DNA from: Saccharolobus islandicus REY15A
GTDB lineage: Archaea; Thermoproteota; Thermoprotei_A; Sulfolobales; Sulfolobaceae
Length of the DNA: 64,000 nt
NCBI RefSeq assembly: GCF_000189555.1
Contig: NC_017276.1
Reading direction: 5' to 3' (one strand)
A program made the position numbers and the translations under genes. Position 1 is the first letter of the stretch; each line of letters begins with the position of its first letter. The notes beneath the pieces were generated by a model. It saw nothing but the letters and a program-made list of their open reading frames with translations. It ran no database searches and was not told the DNA's origin. Positions 63,710-64,000 of this stretch are shown here, piece after piece.

Positions 63710-64000
63710 ATGGTAGAAAATAAAGGTCTTAGACTGAATAGAAGGGACTTCTTGAAAGCTTCTGCTGCAGCCGGTCTTGTCATGGGGCTTGGTTATTTTG
63801 CATCAAAATATAATTTTAACATATTCGTCACACGGGATGCCGTAAATGATGAAGAGTTACAACCGGGTTGGCAGTATTCCTATGTACCCAGTATATGCGC
63901 GTTTTGTTCGTCAACTTGTGACATTTTAGTGGAAACTGAATATAAAAATGGTTATATGAGAGCTCTCGAAATCGATGGTAATCCCCTTTCACCTCTAAAT
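63710..64000 (+). CDS. Tat-exported molybdopterin oxidoreductase catalytic subunit (SreA/TtrA-like), partial
   Basis: NRRDFLK twin-arginine signal, CAFCSSTC Fe-S motif, DGNPLSPLN; runs off the window (alternative ATG 63689). Confidence 0.85.
   Translation, partial: MVENKGLRLNRRDFLKASAAAGLVMGLGYFASKYNFNIFVTRDAVNDEELQPGWQYSYVPSICAFCSSTCDILVETEYKNGYMRALEIDGNPLSPLN

Overview
AT-rich crenarchaeal chromosome segment, Sulfolobales; the gene content and a 321-bp SMN1-type MITE point to Saccharolobus islandicus or solfataricus. Core metabolic blocks are: dienelactone hydrolase, S53 peptidase, TenA, a CoxL/CutA-like subunit, treZ-treX-treY, tricorn protease and RibD (7-25 kb); then pcp, glpF/glpK, MMPL, acyl-CoA genes, cbiZ, MFS, a GntR operon, DUF973, a polyferredoxin and the start of a Tat-exported molybdopterin oxidoreductase (34-64 kb). 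IS debris and pseudogenes are dense between them. The standout is a ~4.3-kb minus-strand island (~27.67-31.99 kb) that looks like a circularly permuted piece of a fusellovirus (SSV). It holds an intact secreted A291/B310-like killer-toxin gene, N- and C-terminal pieces of a second secreted protein, three divergent C124-like membrane proteins sharing a PP(W/S)Y motif (candidate immunity set), a B129 zinc-finger fragment and repeated SSV-type promoters. Second, all three ISH3-family insertions sit in the subterminal hairpin of an IS200/IS605 end. Also present: treX split by SMN1::ISH3, and a Crn1 ring-nuclease pseudogene hit by a 209-bp MITE near an orphan Csa3-like regulator. No CRISPR array, tRNA or rRNA was seen. 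Family and element names come from recalled motifs, not database searches.
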